This document shows positions 1-9,878 of a DNA stretch of 64,000 nucleotides, one piece after another. Each line of letters opens with the position of its first letter. The first letter of the stretch is position 1. This DNA is from Nannocystis bainbridge (GTDB lineage Bacteria > Myxococcota_A > Polyangia > Nannocystales > Nannocystaceae), in NCBI RefSeq assembly GCF_028368995.1, contig NZ_JAQNDL010000001.1:1984001-2048000 (forward strand), in the 5' to 3' direction. Under the pieces are notes generated by a model, which saw nothing but the letters and a program-made list of their open reading frames with translations, ran no database searches and had not been told where the DNA came from. Both the position numbers and the translations under genes were made by a program.

Positions 1-1
1 G

Positions 2-88
2 GTCGTGGGCGCGCCGGTGACGGTCCATCTCAAGGGCAAATCGCGCCCCACGGCGGTGTTCCCGCTGCTGGGCCTGAAGACCTCGTAA
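2..88 (+). CDS. 3' end of probable class III adenylate/guanylate cyclase (partial)
   Basis: Frame reads VVGAPVTVHLKGKSRPTAVFPLLGLKTS*; LKGKxxPxxV(F/Y) is the typical C-terminal cyclase motif. Confidence 0.6.
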   Translation, partial: VVGAPVTVHLKGKSRPTAVFPLLGLKTS

Positions 89-406
89 GCCCGCGAGGTC
101 GTCTGCGGGGGCCGGCGAGCGGATCGCCATGCAGGTCACCGGGGGGAATGGCGGGTCGCGCTCGCACGTAGTCGCCGCGGGGCGCCGGGCGAGCGCCGGG
201 CGAACGTGGCAAACCGCGCTCGGGCTCGCCGCGTCGGCACCTCGTGAGCGCGAATGATTCGCGGCGCTCGGCTCGCTCGGAATGCGCGCTCGGGGTCGCC
301 GCGCCAGACCGCCGCGCCCGCTCCGCGCGGCCTCGATCGCCATCGTGTTCGCGCCCGGGGCGGCCGCGGTGGACGGGACGTTCGCCTGCGGGTAAAAAGA
401 TCTGTC

Positions 407-1078
407 ATGGGGACGAGCGACCTGAACTACCAGTGGGCGGTCCGGCGCCCGGCGTGGACAGTGCGCCAGGCCGGGGAGCTCGTACGCAACGTCGCCAATA
501 CCGTCGAGGACGCGTGCCAGGTGCACTTCCCGCCCTCGGAGGGCTTCCGCACCGAGGCCACCGAGCTGAACGGACTGATCGAGGGTGTGCGCCTGTCGGT
601 GTCCCGCGGCGAGTTCTCGGCGGTCGTCAGCGCCCAATGTTACGCCGAGAACCTATCCCTGGAGACATGTCCATCACGCCAGGTCGCGGTTCGCCTGGTC
701 GCCGCCCGCCGCGACGGCGCGCCGCCGCCACCGAGCGTGGTCCGCCTGGTCCAGATCGCCGGCCCGGTCGCCCTGCTGCTCGGGGTCAGCGCGCTGGTGT
801 TCGCGCTCATCTGCGCCGCCGCGGTCCCGGGCGTGGGCGGCTACTTCCGCCTGTCGCTATGGATGAGCTTCATGCTGATGATGGCCCCCGCGGTGGCCTG
901 GCTGGCGGGCGCCCGCACCTCGATGCAGCTCGAGGCCGTCGAGGCCAGCCAGTCGGCGCTGTCGACCCGCGTGGCCGCCCTCGCCGACGCCAACGCCCGC
1001 TGGCAACGCCTGCTCGCCGTGGTCCACGATCAGCAGGTGGTGGTCGCCCAGTACAAGGCGCTGCCGTTCCGCCGGTGA
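407..1078 (+). CDS. hypothetical membrane protein (two TM helices followed by a coiled-coil-like tail)
   Basis: ORF 254..1078, GC3-rich from ATG 407 (MGTSDLNYQW); two hydrophobic stretches. Confidence 0.7.
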   Translation: MGTSDLNYQWAVRRPAWTVRQAGELVRNVANTVEDACQVHFPPSEGFRTEATELNGLIEGVRLSVSRGEFSAVVSAQCYAENLSLETCPSRQVAVRLVAARRDGAPPPPSVVRLVQIAGPVALLLGVSALVFALICAAAVPGVGGYFRLSLWMSFMLMMAPAVAWLAGARTSMQLEAVEASQSALSTRVAALADANARWQRLLAVVHDQQVVVAQYKALPFRR

Positions 1079-1100
1079 GCCGGGCGAGGTTCGTGGTGCG

Positions 1101-1126
1101 ATGATATGTCCCTTTGGACATATCAT
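1101..1126. repeat. perfect inverted repeat ATGATATGTCC-CTTT-GGACATATCAT (member of the TGTCC-N4-GGACA family)
   Basis: 11-bp stem, 4-nt loop, between convergent genes. Confidence 0.85.
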
Positions 1127-1270
1127 CATGGTTTCGCTAGAAAATCTGAACACCTCGACCTGCCGAGGTCCATGCCGGTGGATGCTTCGCTGCTGCTTGC
1201 TGCGTCAGCCGACTGGCTCGAGCCGCGGCACGCTTGTTGTCGGAGCAGCGAGCTCCTGCTGTGAGCAGGA

Positions 1271-3763
1271 TCAGCGCAGTACCAGGACCAGCACGATCAC
1301 CACGATCAGCACCGCATTGACGGTGAAGAGGAGCAGCTTGACCGGCGACCCCGATGCCTTCCCCGGCAGCGGCGCGCCGCGGGTCGCGGGCCGCGCGACC
1401 TCCGATGTGGGCCTCGGCTGCGCGGGGCCTGTCGCCGCGCTTTCGGGGGCGTGCTCGAGGTTCGCCGGCGTGCGCGGCGGCTCGGTGAAGTTCGGCCCGG
1501 GTGACAGCTGCTCGGTGCGCTCCGAGCGAGCCGCCGGCGTCGCGTGATTGCCGACGAAGAGCTCGGTGCGGCCGGTCCTTCCGCTCGCGGGATCGCCGAC
1601 GAAGATCTCGGTGCGCTCGGCGCTCGTGGTCGCGCCATGGCCGAAGAAGATCTCGGTGCGAGCGGCCCGGTTGGCCGGCGCCGGTTCGTCCGCGTGAAAC
1701 GCCTCCGTCCGTTCGGCCGGCCTTTCCTCTGGCGAAAGGGGACGCGCCGGTGACGACGTGAAAATCTCCGTCCGTGGCGCGGCGGGGCTCACCGACGACG
1801 ACGTGAACATCTCCGTCCGTGGCGCGCCAGAGCTCACCGACGACGTGAACATCTCCGTCCGTGGCGCGGCAGGGCTCACCGACGACGACGTAAACATCTC
1901 CGTCCGCGCTCCCGCCGTGCTCGCCGGTGGTGACGACAAAATCTGCGTCCGCGCCCCCGCCGAGCTCGCCGGCGGTGACGACAAAATCTCCGTCCGCGCT
2001 CCCACCGTGCTCGCCGGCGGTGACGACAAAATCTGCGTCCGCGCCCCCGCCAAGCTCGCCGGCGGTGACGACAAAATCTCCGTCCGCGCTCCCACCGTGC
2101 TCGCCGGCGGTGACGACAAAATCTGCGTCCGCGCCCCCACCGTGCTCGTCGGTGGTGACGTGAATATCTCCGTCCGCGCCCCCACCGTGCTCGCCGGCGG
2201 TGACGACAAAATCTCTGTCCGCGCTCCCACCGGGCTCGTCGGTGATGGCGGCAGCAGCTCCGTCTTCACGGGCGTGAAGGCCGCCTGCGCGGGTGATGGT
2301 GGCAGCAGCTCCGTCTTCGCCGCGGGCGGCCGGATCGGGTCCTCCGGCACCGCGAGGATGTCGGTCTTCTCGGCGCCCACCAGCTTCGAGTACCGCAGCG
2401 AACCGGAGCTCGCGGACGACGACGAGTCGGGGCGCGGCCGCGTCCAGTCGATCTCCGTCTTGCTCACGGGCGCCTCGCCGCTCGCTGGCGACGACGCCGG
2501 CGTGACGGCCCGCGGCTGGATGGGCGGCAGCAGCGATCCGCGCGGCGGCGCCGAATCGGCCGGGCGCGTGGGGACCGGCGACGACGGCAGCCCCAGCGGC
2601 GCGAGCAGAGACCCGCGCGGCGGCGATGCGAACGAGCTCGCGGGGCTCGGCGCTGCCGCGAGTGCGACCCCACCCGGCGGCGCCGATACGATCGAGCTCG
2701 CGAGGCTCGACGACGCCGACGGTGCGACCCCACCGGGCGGCGCCGACACGATCGAGCTCACCGGCGCCGACGCGACCGCGCCCGGCGAGGTCGGCGCGAT
2801 CCACCGCTCCCGGACCGGCGGCACCACGCTCGCGGGGCCAGGTGCGCCCGGCGAGCCCGGCAAGATCGGCAGGTCGCTGCGCGGGAGCACGGCCTCCGGA
2901 TCGTGCTCCGCCGAGACGCTCGCAGGCGGCTCGTATCGAGCCTCAGGCGCGACCGAGACCGCCGGCGCCGGTCCGAGGCCGAGGACCTCGCGCATCGCCG
3001 CCCGCAGCTCCGCCATGTCCGCGTAGCGCTGCCAGGGCTCGGTCGCCAGCGCCTCGGCGAACAGCTCGTCGACGGCCTGCGGCACCCCCGGGACCAGCGA
3101 TCGCAGCCGCGACGGAGACCTCGGCGACGGCCGCTCGCCCGCGATCAGCTCGAACACCACCGACGCGAGCGAGAACACGTCGCTGCGGGCATCGCCGGCG
3201 CACGTGGCCTGTTCGGGCGCACGGTAGCCGCAATCATCGGCCCGGCCGGCGACCGGCTCGAGCTCGCCGACGCCGAAGTCGAGGATCGTCAGCTCGTCGT
3301 TCTCGGTGACGACGAGGCGCTGCGGCGTCAGGGCGCGGTGCGGCACGCCGAGCGCCGCGTGGGCGCGCTCCAGCAGCGCCGCCGCGCGCTCGCCGAGGCG
3401 GAGCGCGCGATCCCAGCGCGGCGTGGTCTGCTTGAGCCACCACGCCGGACCGCCCTGGCGCAGGCGATCGAAGCTCCAGCCGACCGGCGATTCGGCGAGG
3501 CAAAACGGCGGATCGGGCGGCGTCGTCGGGACGTTGCGCAGCGCCCCCAGGCCGGCCTCCGCCGCCGCGTGCACGACCCGCAGAAAGGCGGCCCAGGCGC
3601 TCGGGCTGCAAGCAGACGGATCGAACAACACGAGCACGAGCGGTCTGGCGGCCCCGTCGGCGGCCATGAACACGCGCGCGGGTCCGCTGCCGCGCAGCAG
3701 CTCTTGCAGCTCGAAGCGACCGGCGAAGCGGTGACCGACAGCGGGTGCGAAGGCTTCGGGCAC
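1271..3763 (-). CDS. Ser/Thr pseudokinase with Pro-rich linker, RTE-motif repeat array and C-terminal TM anchor
   Basis: Kinase-like N-terminus (LDFG, YRAPEQ, SDVFSL) but no Gly loop, no VAIK Lys, HRD->HRA; hydrophobic C-terminus; starts 13 bp after the vgrG stop. Confidence 0.85.
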   Translation of the reverse strand: MPEAFAPAVGHRFAGRFELQELLRGSGPARVFMAADGAARPLVLVLFDPSACSPSAWAAFLRVVHAAAEAGLGALRNVPTTPPDPPFCLAESPVGWSFDRLRQGGPAWWLKQTTPRWDRALRLGERAAALLERAHAALGVPHRALTPQRLVVTENDELTILDFGVGELEPVAGRADDCGYRAPEQATCAGDARSDVFSLASVVFELIAGERPSPRSPSRLRSLVPGVPQAVDELFAEALATEPWQRYADMAELRAAMREVLGLGPAPAVSVAPEARYEPPASVSAEHDPEAVLPRSDLPILPGSPGAPGPASVVPPVRERWIAPTSPGAVASAPVSSIVSAPPGGVAPSASSSLASSIVSAPPGGVALAAAPSPASSFASPPRGSLLAPLGLPSSPVPTRPADSAPPRGSLLPPIQPRAVTPASSPASGEAPVSKTEIDWTRPRPDSSSSASSGSLRYSKLVGAEKTDILAVPEDPIRPPAAKTELLPPSPAQAAFTPVKTELLPPSPTSPVGARTEILSSPPASTVGARTEIFTSPPTSTVGARTQILSSPPASTVGARTEILSSPPASLAGARTQILSSPPASTVGARTEILSSPPASSAGARTQILSSPPASTAGARTEMFTSSSVSPAAPRTEMFTSSVSSGAPRTEMFTSSSVSPAAPRTEIFTSSPARPLSPEERPAERTEAFHADEPAPANRAARTEIFFGHGATTSAERTEIFVGDPASGRTGRTELFVGNHATPAARSERTEQLSPGPNFTEPPRTPANLEHAPESAATGPAQPRPTSEVARPATRGAPLPGKASGSPVKLLLFTVNAVLIVVIVLVLVLR
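1505..2462 (-). repeat. intragenic tandem repeats (core 45-bp/15-aa unit GARTEILSSPPASTV); 20 [RK]T[EQD]-hydrophobic motifs
   Basis: Visible directly in DNA and in translation. Confidence 0.9.
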
Positions 3764-3776
3764 GGACGCTCGCGGC

Positions 3777-5693
3777 TCAGCAGTTGATCTTCACCAGCTT
3801 ACCATTGAGGATAAGCTGCTCGGTCGCAAGGACGCTGATGTTGCCGCCCGCGGCCAGGGTGATGTTGGCGGTCGCCGACACCGCGACGCTGCCCTCGGCG
3901 ATGATGAAGACGTCGGGCCCGTTGAGGACGATGCGCGCGGCCCCGCTGGTGACCTTGTAGAACGTGTCCTGCATGGTCGTGCCGGTCGCCGGCACGCTCG
4001 GCGGGGGCGTCGACGGCTGGGCGATCGTCACCGAGTGGACCGCGCCGACCAGGCACGAGTCGTTGCTGCCGATCGTCGTCGTGCGGTTGGAGCCGACCGA
4101 CGTGGTCAGGTTGGAGCCGATGGTTTCGGTGCAGTCGACGCCGACCGACTCGGTCATGTTGTTGAGGATCTGGGTGTTCCAGTCCTTCTGCGCGTGGAGG
4201 AAGATCTCCTCGGAGCCCTTGCGGTCCTCGAAGCGCAGCTCGTTGAAGCCGCCGCCGCCCGGCGAGCTGTCGCTCTTGATCGTGCTCTTCGTCTTCTCGG
4301 CCGGCAGCGGATACGGCGTGTCGTTGCCGCCGTGATAGATGCGGCCGATGACGATCGGTCGGTCCGGGTCGCCCTCGATGAAGTCGACCAGCACCTCGTG
4401 GCCGATCCGCGGCAGGAACATCGAGCCGTAGCCGTTGCCGGCCCAGGCCTGGCTGACGCGGACCCACGTCGTGCTGGTCTCGTTGTGCAGGCCCTCGCGG
4501 TCCCAGTGGAACTGCACGCGCACGCGGCCCTCGGCGTCGGTGTGCACCTCCTCGCCCTCGGGGCCGACCACCGTCGCGGTCTGCACGCCGCGCATGACCG
4601 GCCGCGGGGTCTGACGCGCCGGGCGGAACGGCAGCCGCAGCTCGGTCACCGTGAAGCGGTTGCGGTACTCGCTCGCGCCCGACTCGTCCTGGCCGAGCGT
4701 CTGCGGCTGGCTGCCGGTGTGCTCGACCTGGATGATGCGATACTCGGCGTTGAGCTCGTGCTTCGGGTGGCCCGCGAGGGTCATCGTGCGCCCCGCCGAC
4801 AGCCGCGGGCAGTCGCTCACGCCGGAGCCGAACCTGCGATGGGACTGCAGCTCCTCGAGCCGCGTCTTGGCCAAGAATTGGCCCTGATGCGGGCCGCCGC
4901 GCCCGGGCTCCTGGTACTCGCCCGGGAACTCGTAGACCTCGAGGTCGGTGTTGGTGCGGGCCGCCTCCTGGGCCTCGAGCCCGAGGTCGGGCCGGTGGAG
5001 GTTGAAGTCCCGCAGCGACAGCTTGCCGGGCCGCAGGCGCCCGCCGAAGCGGAACTCGTGCACGTGCTCGCGGTCCTGCACCGCCCCCGTCGGCGGGTTG
5101 TAGTCGACCGTCGGCGTGCCGTCGATCGGCTGGTGCGCCTGCACGTGGTCGGCCATCAGCCACACGTGCCGCGCCTCCTCGTGCTTGAAGTAATAGAAGA
5201 TCCCGTCCTCCTCGAGCAGCCGGTGGACGAACGCGAGGTCGGTCTCACGGTATTGCACGCAGTAGTTCCGCGGCCCGTACTCGGCGGTCAGGTTGAAGGC
5301 GAAGAAGTCGCGCGGGATCCCGGCCGCGACCAGCACGTCGGTCACGATCTGCTCGGTCGTCTTGTTCTGGAACACCCGGCAGCCCTCGCGCAGGGCCAGG
5401 CGGTGGGCCAGCGGCGCGATCGTGAGCTCGTAGAGCTGGTGGCTGCGCGTCTGGCCGACGTACTCGGCCTCGGTGACGATCCCCTGGACCAGCCGCGGCG
5501 CGTCCAGGGCCCGGATCTCGAGCAGCGCGGGCTGACCGAGCAGCGTCTCGGGGTCGAGGTCGAGGTCGGCGACCTCGACGTGGAACTCGAACAGGCTCGA
5601 GAGGGCCTCGCGCCCGGCCATTCGGACCACCCCCATCGGCGTCCCGGCGACCTTCAGCTCGAATACGGTGAGACGTGAATTATCGACAGTCAT
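3777..5693 (-). CDS. vgrG: T6SS spike protein VgrG/TssI (no evolved C-terminal domain)
   Basis: YCVQYRETDLAFVHRLLEEDGIFYYF, WVRVSQAWAGNGYG, PRIGHEVLVDFIEGDPDRP, NELRFED, HAQKD, short gp5-like repeats. Confidence 0.95.
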   Translation of the reverse strand: MTVDNSRLTVFELKVAGTPMGVVRMAGREALSSLFEFHVEVADLDLDPETLLGQPALLEIRALDAPRLVQGIVTEAEYVGQTRSHQLYELTIAPLAHRLALREGCRVFQNKTTEQIVTDVLVAAGIPRDFFAFNLTAEYGPRNYCVQYRETDLAFVHRLLEEDGIFYYFKHEEARHVWLMADHVQAHQPIDGTPTVDYNPPTGAVQDREHVHEFRFGGRLRPGKLSLRDFNLHRPDLGLEAQEAARTNTDLEVYEFPGEYQEPGRGGPHQGQFLAKTRLEELQSHRRFGSGVSDCPRLSAGRTMTLAGHPKHELNAEYRIIQVEHTGSQPQTLGQDESGASEYRNRFTVTELRLPFRPARQTPRPVMRGVQTATVVGPEGEEVHTDAEGRVRVQFHWDREGLHNETSTTWVRVSQAWAGNGYGSMFLPRIGHEVLVDFIEGDPDRPIVIGRIYHGGNDTPYPLPAEKTKSTIKSDSSPGGGGFNELRFEDRKGSEEIFLHAQKDWNTQILNNMTESVGVDCTETIGSNLTTSVGSNRTTTIGSNDSCLVGAVHSVTIAQPSTPPPSVPATGTTMQDTFYKVTSGAARIVLNGPDVFIIAEGSVAVSATANITLAAGGNISVLATEQLILNGKLVKINC

Positions 5694-5937
5694 ACGTCAA
5701 TCGAGCGAGGCGCTCCACATTCCGAGGTTACACCCGGGCCGGAGCCGAGGTCAAACGTGCGCGCCGGCGGCCTCATGCGCGGAGATGAATGCACAGTGGC
5801 GAATGCGAGCAGTCGCCCGGCGAACGATCGCGCGCGCGGGCCGGCGCGTTCGCGCGCCCGGCCGCGGCGCATGACTCGGCCGCGGCGGGCTGATATCGTG
5901 GCCGCTCGACGCGACCCCGCGCGATGGCGGCGACGAT

Positions 5938-6396
5938 ATGAAGACGGACGAGAAGGAATTCGAGGAGATGTCGGCCGGCGAGGGCATGTTCCTGCCGATA
6001 CCGAAGACGTGGGGCAAGAAGGCGCTGGTCGCATTCACCAACGGCGTCGAGGGCGAAGAGGGCGCGAGCGTCGTCGTGCGCGTCGAGTCGATCGACGCCC
6101 GCACCAAGCTGACGCGCTTCGTCGACGGGCTGATGATCGAGCTGGCGCGCACGCTGCCGGGGTTCTCGCTGATCGAGCGGCGCGACTCGAAGCTCGGCGG
6201 GCAGCCGGCGCTCGAGATCGAGTTCACGTGGACCGCCCAGGGCACGGTGTACCGGCAGACCCACACCAGCGTGATGTACTCCCCCGGGCAGGTCGCGTGC
6301 GTGATCACCTCGGCCTCGCAGCGCCACCTGCCGGAGTTCAAGGAGACGTTCGAGGCGGTGCTGCGGGGCGCACGATTCACGCCGGCGGGGAAGTGA
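5938..6396 (+). CDS. DUF1795/DcrB-like (Eag-type) effector chaperone
   Basis: LARTLPGF...LGGQPALEIEFTW...YRQ pattern; lies directly upstream of a prePAAR effector. Confidence 0.75.
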   Translation: MKTDEKEFEEMSAGEGMFLPIPKTWGKKALVAFTNGVEGEEGASVVVRVESIDARTKLTRFVDGLMIELARTLPGFSLIERRDSKLGGQPALEIEFTWTAQGTVYRQTHTSVMYSPGQVACVITSASQRHLPEFKETFEAVLRGARFTPAGK

Positions 6397-6397
6397 C

Positions 6398-7471
6398 ATG
6401 ACCGGGGCAGCCGTCGCGCGCGTCCTGGACCCGATCGAGCACAGCCCCGGGCTGATGGGCTTCGCCATCGGCGCGGTGGTCGGCGCCGTCGCGGTGGTGG
6501 CGATCGCCGTGGCGACGGCCGCGACCGGCGGCGCGGCGCTCATCGCCCTGGCCGCCGCGGGCGCGGTCGGAGGCGGCATCGCCGGCGAGCTGATCGCCCG
6601 CGCCTTCGGCTCCAACATCACGACCGGCGCGCTGTCGCAGGGCTACCCGGACGTGCACGTCAACAACCAGCACATCGTCGCCGTCGGCCGCAAAGCCGAG
6701 CCGTGCTGGATCCCGGTCGTGTTCCCGCACGGCGAGACCGTGGTCGTCGAGGGCAGCGGCACGGTGCTCGTCCACTGCGCCCCGGTCACGCGGGTCGGCG
6801 ATCAGCTGCTGTGCGACGCGATCGTCGGCGCCGGCTCGCCGAACGTGTTCGTCGGCGGCCCCAAGCACCGCGTCAAGGGCACGGAGAAGGGGCTGATCGA
6901 CTTCATCCTGCCGCGCCTCGGCTTCGTCCTGACGGCGACGACGATCGCGATCTACCCGGCGTCGGCGCTCGGCTCGCTGGCCGCGGTCGGGCTGTACCAG
7001 TCGGACTACGGCACCTACAAGGCGATCAACACGACCGTCGGCAACGCCCTCGGCGTCGACCCCGGGTACGCCGCGATCGGCATCGAGCTGACCCTCGGGA
7101 TGTTCGGCGGGGCGGCGGCCGGCAAGCTGCCCCGCGTCGGCTCGTGGAGCGCGACCAGCTCGGTGGCGCGGTCGCAGTCATGGCAGCGCTACCTCACCAG
7201 GAAGGCCGCCGAGGGCAAGACCCCGTGGTCGTACCAGCGGTGGTCGCAGAACTGGACCCACCTGGTCGGCAAGGAGGGCGTCAGACCGGGCGTGACGCGC
7301 AACCAGCGGGTCAACAATGTGATGACCTCGCTGATGTCGGCCGGCCCGCTCGAGCTCGGCACGCCCGACCTGCTCGGCGCGCTCAACTCGGCGTTCCAAA
7401 AGGCGATCGAAGCCAAGCCCCCCGAGGGCCACAACTGCGACACGTCGTGGCATGCTCCGGCAGGGGGATGA
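6398..7471 (+). CDS. prePAAR-TMD-PAAR T6SS effector with short unassigned C-terminal domain
   Basis: AVARVLDPIEH prePAAR motif, Gly/Ala TM segment, PAAR-like VVEGSGTVLV..RVGD..C.A.V.AGSPNVFVGG, second hydrophobic segment. Confidence 0.85.
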   Translation: MTGAAVARVLDPIEHSPGLMGFAIGAVVGAVAVVAIAVATAATGGAALIALAAAGAVGGGIAGELIARAFGSNITTGALSQGYPDVHVNNQHIVAVGRKAEPCWIPVVFPHGETVVVEGSGTVLVHCAPVTRVGDQLLCDAIVGAGSPNVFVGGPKHRVKGTEKGLIDFILPRLGFVLTATTIAIYPASALGSLAAVGLYQSDYGTYKAINTTVGNALGVDPGYAAIGIELTLGMFGGAAAGKLPRVGSWSATSSVARSQSWQRYLTRKAAEGKTPWSYQRWSQNWTHLVGKEGVRPGVTRNQRVNNVMTSLMSAGPLELGTPDLLGALNSAFQKAIEAKPPEGHNCDTSWHAPAGG

Positions 7472-7475
7472 CGCC

Positions 7476-7940
7476 ATGCCGCACACGGACGAAGACGAGG
7501 TCGACGATCTGCTCGAGGGCTTCATCGTCGAGGCCGACCTGGCCGGACGCTGGCTCGAGCGGAATTACATGCCGCCGCGGCTGATGTTCTGGCGGCAGAA
7601 CCTCGACTTCAGCCGCGCCTCGCTGGCCAAGCTGGCGCCGATCGTGGCCCAGGTGCTGGCTGAGGGCTCGCCCGACGCGCTCGAGGAGGTGTCGCGCCGC
7701 GCCGCGCAGTACCTCGGCGAGACGATCCAGGCCCACGCCCGCTCGTTCTGGCAGCGCACCGACGGCCGCTTCGAGCTCCGCATCGAGCGCGCGACCGGAG
7801 TCGTCGACGTGCTGCCGATCGCCGAGCCGATCGCCCGCCTGCTGCTCGCCGTACGCAACGGCGACCCCAAGGCGGCCGAGCTGCTCGGGCAGGTGTTCGA
7901 CGACGCGGTGCGCGACGGCAACCCGCCGGTCGGGCGCTGA
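7476..7940 (+). CDS. putative immunity protein (DUF3806-like)
   Basis: Starts 4 bp after the effector stop; LDFSxxSLxxL...AAxYLGE...W pattern. Confidence 0.6.
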   Translation: MPHTDEDEVDDLLEGFIVEADLAGRWLERNYMPPRLMFWRQNLDFSRASLAKLAPIVAQVLAEGSPDALEEVSRRAAQYLGETIQAHARSFWQRTDGRFELRIERATGVVDVLPIAEPIARLLLAVRNGDPKAAELLGQVFDDAVRDGNPPVGR

Positions 7941-7972
7941 AGCTGTCCTCAGAGCCAGGCGAGGCGGTCGCC

Positions 7973-9763
7973 TCAGCGCAATGCGAGGACCAGCGCGACC
8001 AGCAATAGCAGGACCGTGTTGACGACGATCAGCGCGACCTTGACGGGCGACCTGGCCGCTTTTTCGGGCGCGGGCGCTGCCGAGGGGCTCGGCGGCCCGG
8101 AGCGCGCCGGCGGGGCCGCGGCGGGAGCGAGCGAGCGCTCGCGGTCAGGCTGGGGTTGCCCGGCGGTGAAAGAGACGGAGGGCGGCAGCAGCTCGGTGCG
8201 ATCGTTGCGCGCGCCGGACTGGCCGCTGTTGCCCATGAAGATCTCCGTGCGCGCGCCGGACTGGCCGCTGTTGCCCATGAAGATCTCGGTGCGGTCGTTG
8301 CGAACCGGCGCCGCTCCGCCGTCGCTGCGGGCCGCTGGCTTGCTGTCGACGAAGATCTCCGTGCGGGCCGCCGGCGCCGATTTGTTCTCGACGAAGATCT
8401 CCGTGCGAGCTGCCGGTTGTGACTTGTTCTCGACGAAGATCTCCGTGCGATCGCTGCGAGCTGCCGGCGGTGATTTGTTCTCGACGAAGATCTCCGTGCG
8501 AGCTACCGGCTGTGATTTGTCCTCGACGAAGATCTCCGTGCGGTCGCTACGGCCTGCCGGCGTCGCATTGGCCTCCGGCAGGAGTTCGGTCCGATCGATG
8601 CGCCCGGACGCGCTCGCGGCGGCGCTCGGGCCCGAGGCCATGCGCGCGGCGGGGACCTCCGACATGCGCAGGGCCGCCGCGCCGCGCACCGTCGACGGCA
8701 GCGGCTCGCTGCGCGGTGGGCCTGCCAGCGGGGCCGAGGGGCCGCGCAGTCGCTCGAACAGCCCTGACGTCCGCGGCTCCTCCAGCGGCGCCAGGCCGGC
8801 CGCCAGCGAGCGGACCGAGCTCGCCCCGGCGGGTGGGGCCGGCAGCGCCTGCGAGCTCCCGCCGATCGTCAGCGTCGGCGGGGCGCTCGGCGCGATCGCG
8901 GGCTTGGCAGGGCCGGCGGCCGTCGGCTTCTCGCTCGCGGCCGACTCGAGGGTCGGCGACGCGCCCGGCAAGCCCGGCGCGGGGTCGATCCCGAGCACCT
9001 CGCGCAGCGAAGCACGCAGGGCCGCCGCGTTCGGCGGGCGCGCTTCGGGCTCGACGGCCAGCGCCTGCGCGAGCAGCTCGTCGACGGCCGGCGGCACCTC
9101 CGGCACCAGCGAGCGCAGGCTCCTGGCCTGCTTCGGCGAGGGCCGCTCGCCGGCGATCATTTCAAACAAGATCACCGCCAGCGAGAACACGTCGCTGGCC
9201 GCGTCGCCCGGGCCCTTCTGCTGCTCCGGCGCGCGGTACCCCAATTCGTCGGCGCGGCCCTCGATCGGCTCGAGCTCGGCGATCCCATAGTCCAGCAGCT
9301 TGACCTGGCCCTGCGCGCCGACCGAGCAGCGCGCGCCCGTCAGCGCGCGATGAGGCAGACCGATCGTCGCCTCGACCTCCTCGAGGATCGCCGCCGCCTG
9401 TTCGCCGAGGCTCAGCGCTCGCTGCCACGGGAGTCGGCCCTCCTCGGCGCGCAGGCTGTCGAAGCTGCGGCCGAGGTCCACCTCGGCCAGGCAGTGCGGC
9501 GGCGACGGCGGCGTCTCGCTCACGCCCTGCAGCAGCGACAAGCCGGGCAGCGCCGCCGCGGTCGTCACCTCGATAAGTTGCGCGAACGAGGCCCAGGTGT
9601 CCGGCTCGCAGCGCGCGGGGTCGAAGACCACGAGGACGACCCCGCCGCCCTGCGCGTCCTGGGCGCGGAAGACCTGGGCCGGACCGTCGCCGCGGACGAA
9701 CGCGGTGAGCTTGTAACGATTGGCGATCCGATCGCCGACGCGCGGTGGGAAGCTGCCGGACAA
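7973..9763 (-). CDS. second Ser/Thr pseudokinase paralogue with RTEIF repeats and C-terminal TM
   Basis: Collinear with 1271..3763 (FDP..C.P..WA.F, HRALT, LDYG, GYRAPEQ, SPVK..L.VN.VL); TTG start chosen by homology to the paralogue. Confidence 0.85.
   Translation of the reverse strand: MSGSFPPRVGDRIANRYKLTAFVRGDGPAQVFRAQDAQGGGVVLVVFDPARCEPDTWASFAQLIEVTTAAALPGLSLLQGVSETPPSPPHCLAEVDLGRSFDSLRAEEGRLPWQRALSLGEQAAAILEEVEATIGLPHRALTGARCSVGAQGQVKLLDYGIAELEPIEGRADELGYRAPEQQKGPGDAASDVFSLAVILFEMIAGERPSPKQARSLRSLVPEVPPAVDELLAQALAVEPEARPPNAAALRASLREVLGIDPAPGLPGASPTLESAASEKPTAAGPAKPAIAPSAPPTLTIGGSSQALPAPPAGASSVRSLAAGLAPLEEPRTSGLFERLRGPSAPLAGPPRSEPLPSTVRGAAALRMSEVPAARMASGPSAAASASGRIDRTELLPEANATPAGRSDRTEIFVEDKSQPVARTEIFVENKSPPAARSDRTEIFVENKSQPAARTEIFVENKSAPAARTEIFVDSKPAARSDGGAAPVRNDRTEIFMGNSGQSGARTEIFMGNSGQSGARNDRTELLPPSVSFTAGQPQPDRERSLAPAAAPPARSGPPSPSAAPAPEKAARSPVKVALIVVNTVLLLLVALVLALR
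8186..8595 (-). repeat. intragenic repeats RTEIFVENKSxPAA / RTEIFMGNSGQSGA (9 RTE motifs)
   Basis: Repeated gacgaagatctccgtgcg with a 42-51 bp period. Confidence 0.9.
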
Positions 9764-9878
9764 GAGCGCTGTGCGACCGGAGGATAGGCCGCGGCCCGCG
9801 TGGCCGTCAACGCGAGCGGCCGCGAGCGAGGGCGCGCGTCGCCGGCCGAGCCGCGAGCGCGCACTGCTGTGATTGGTG

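Noticed and set aside
1760-2230. CRISPR-like or non-coding repeat array
   Set aside because: Repeats are in-frame multiples of 3 inside a protein, have no spacers, and are conserved at the peptide level.
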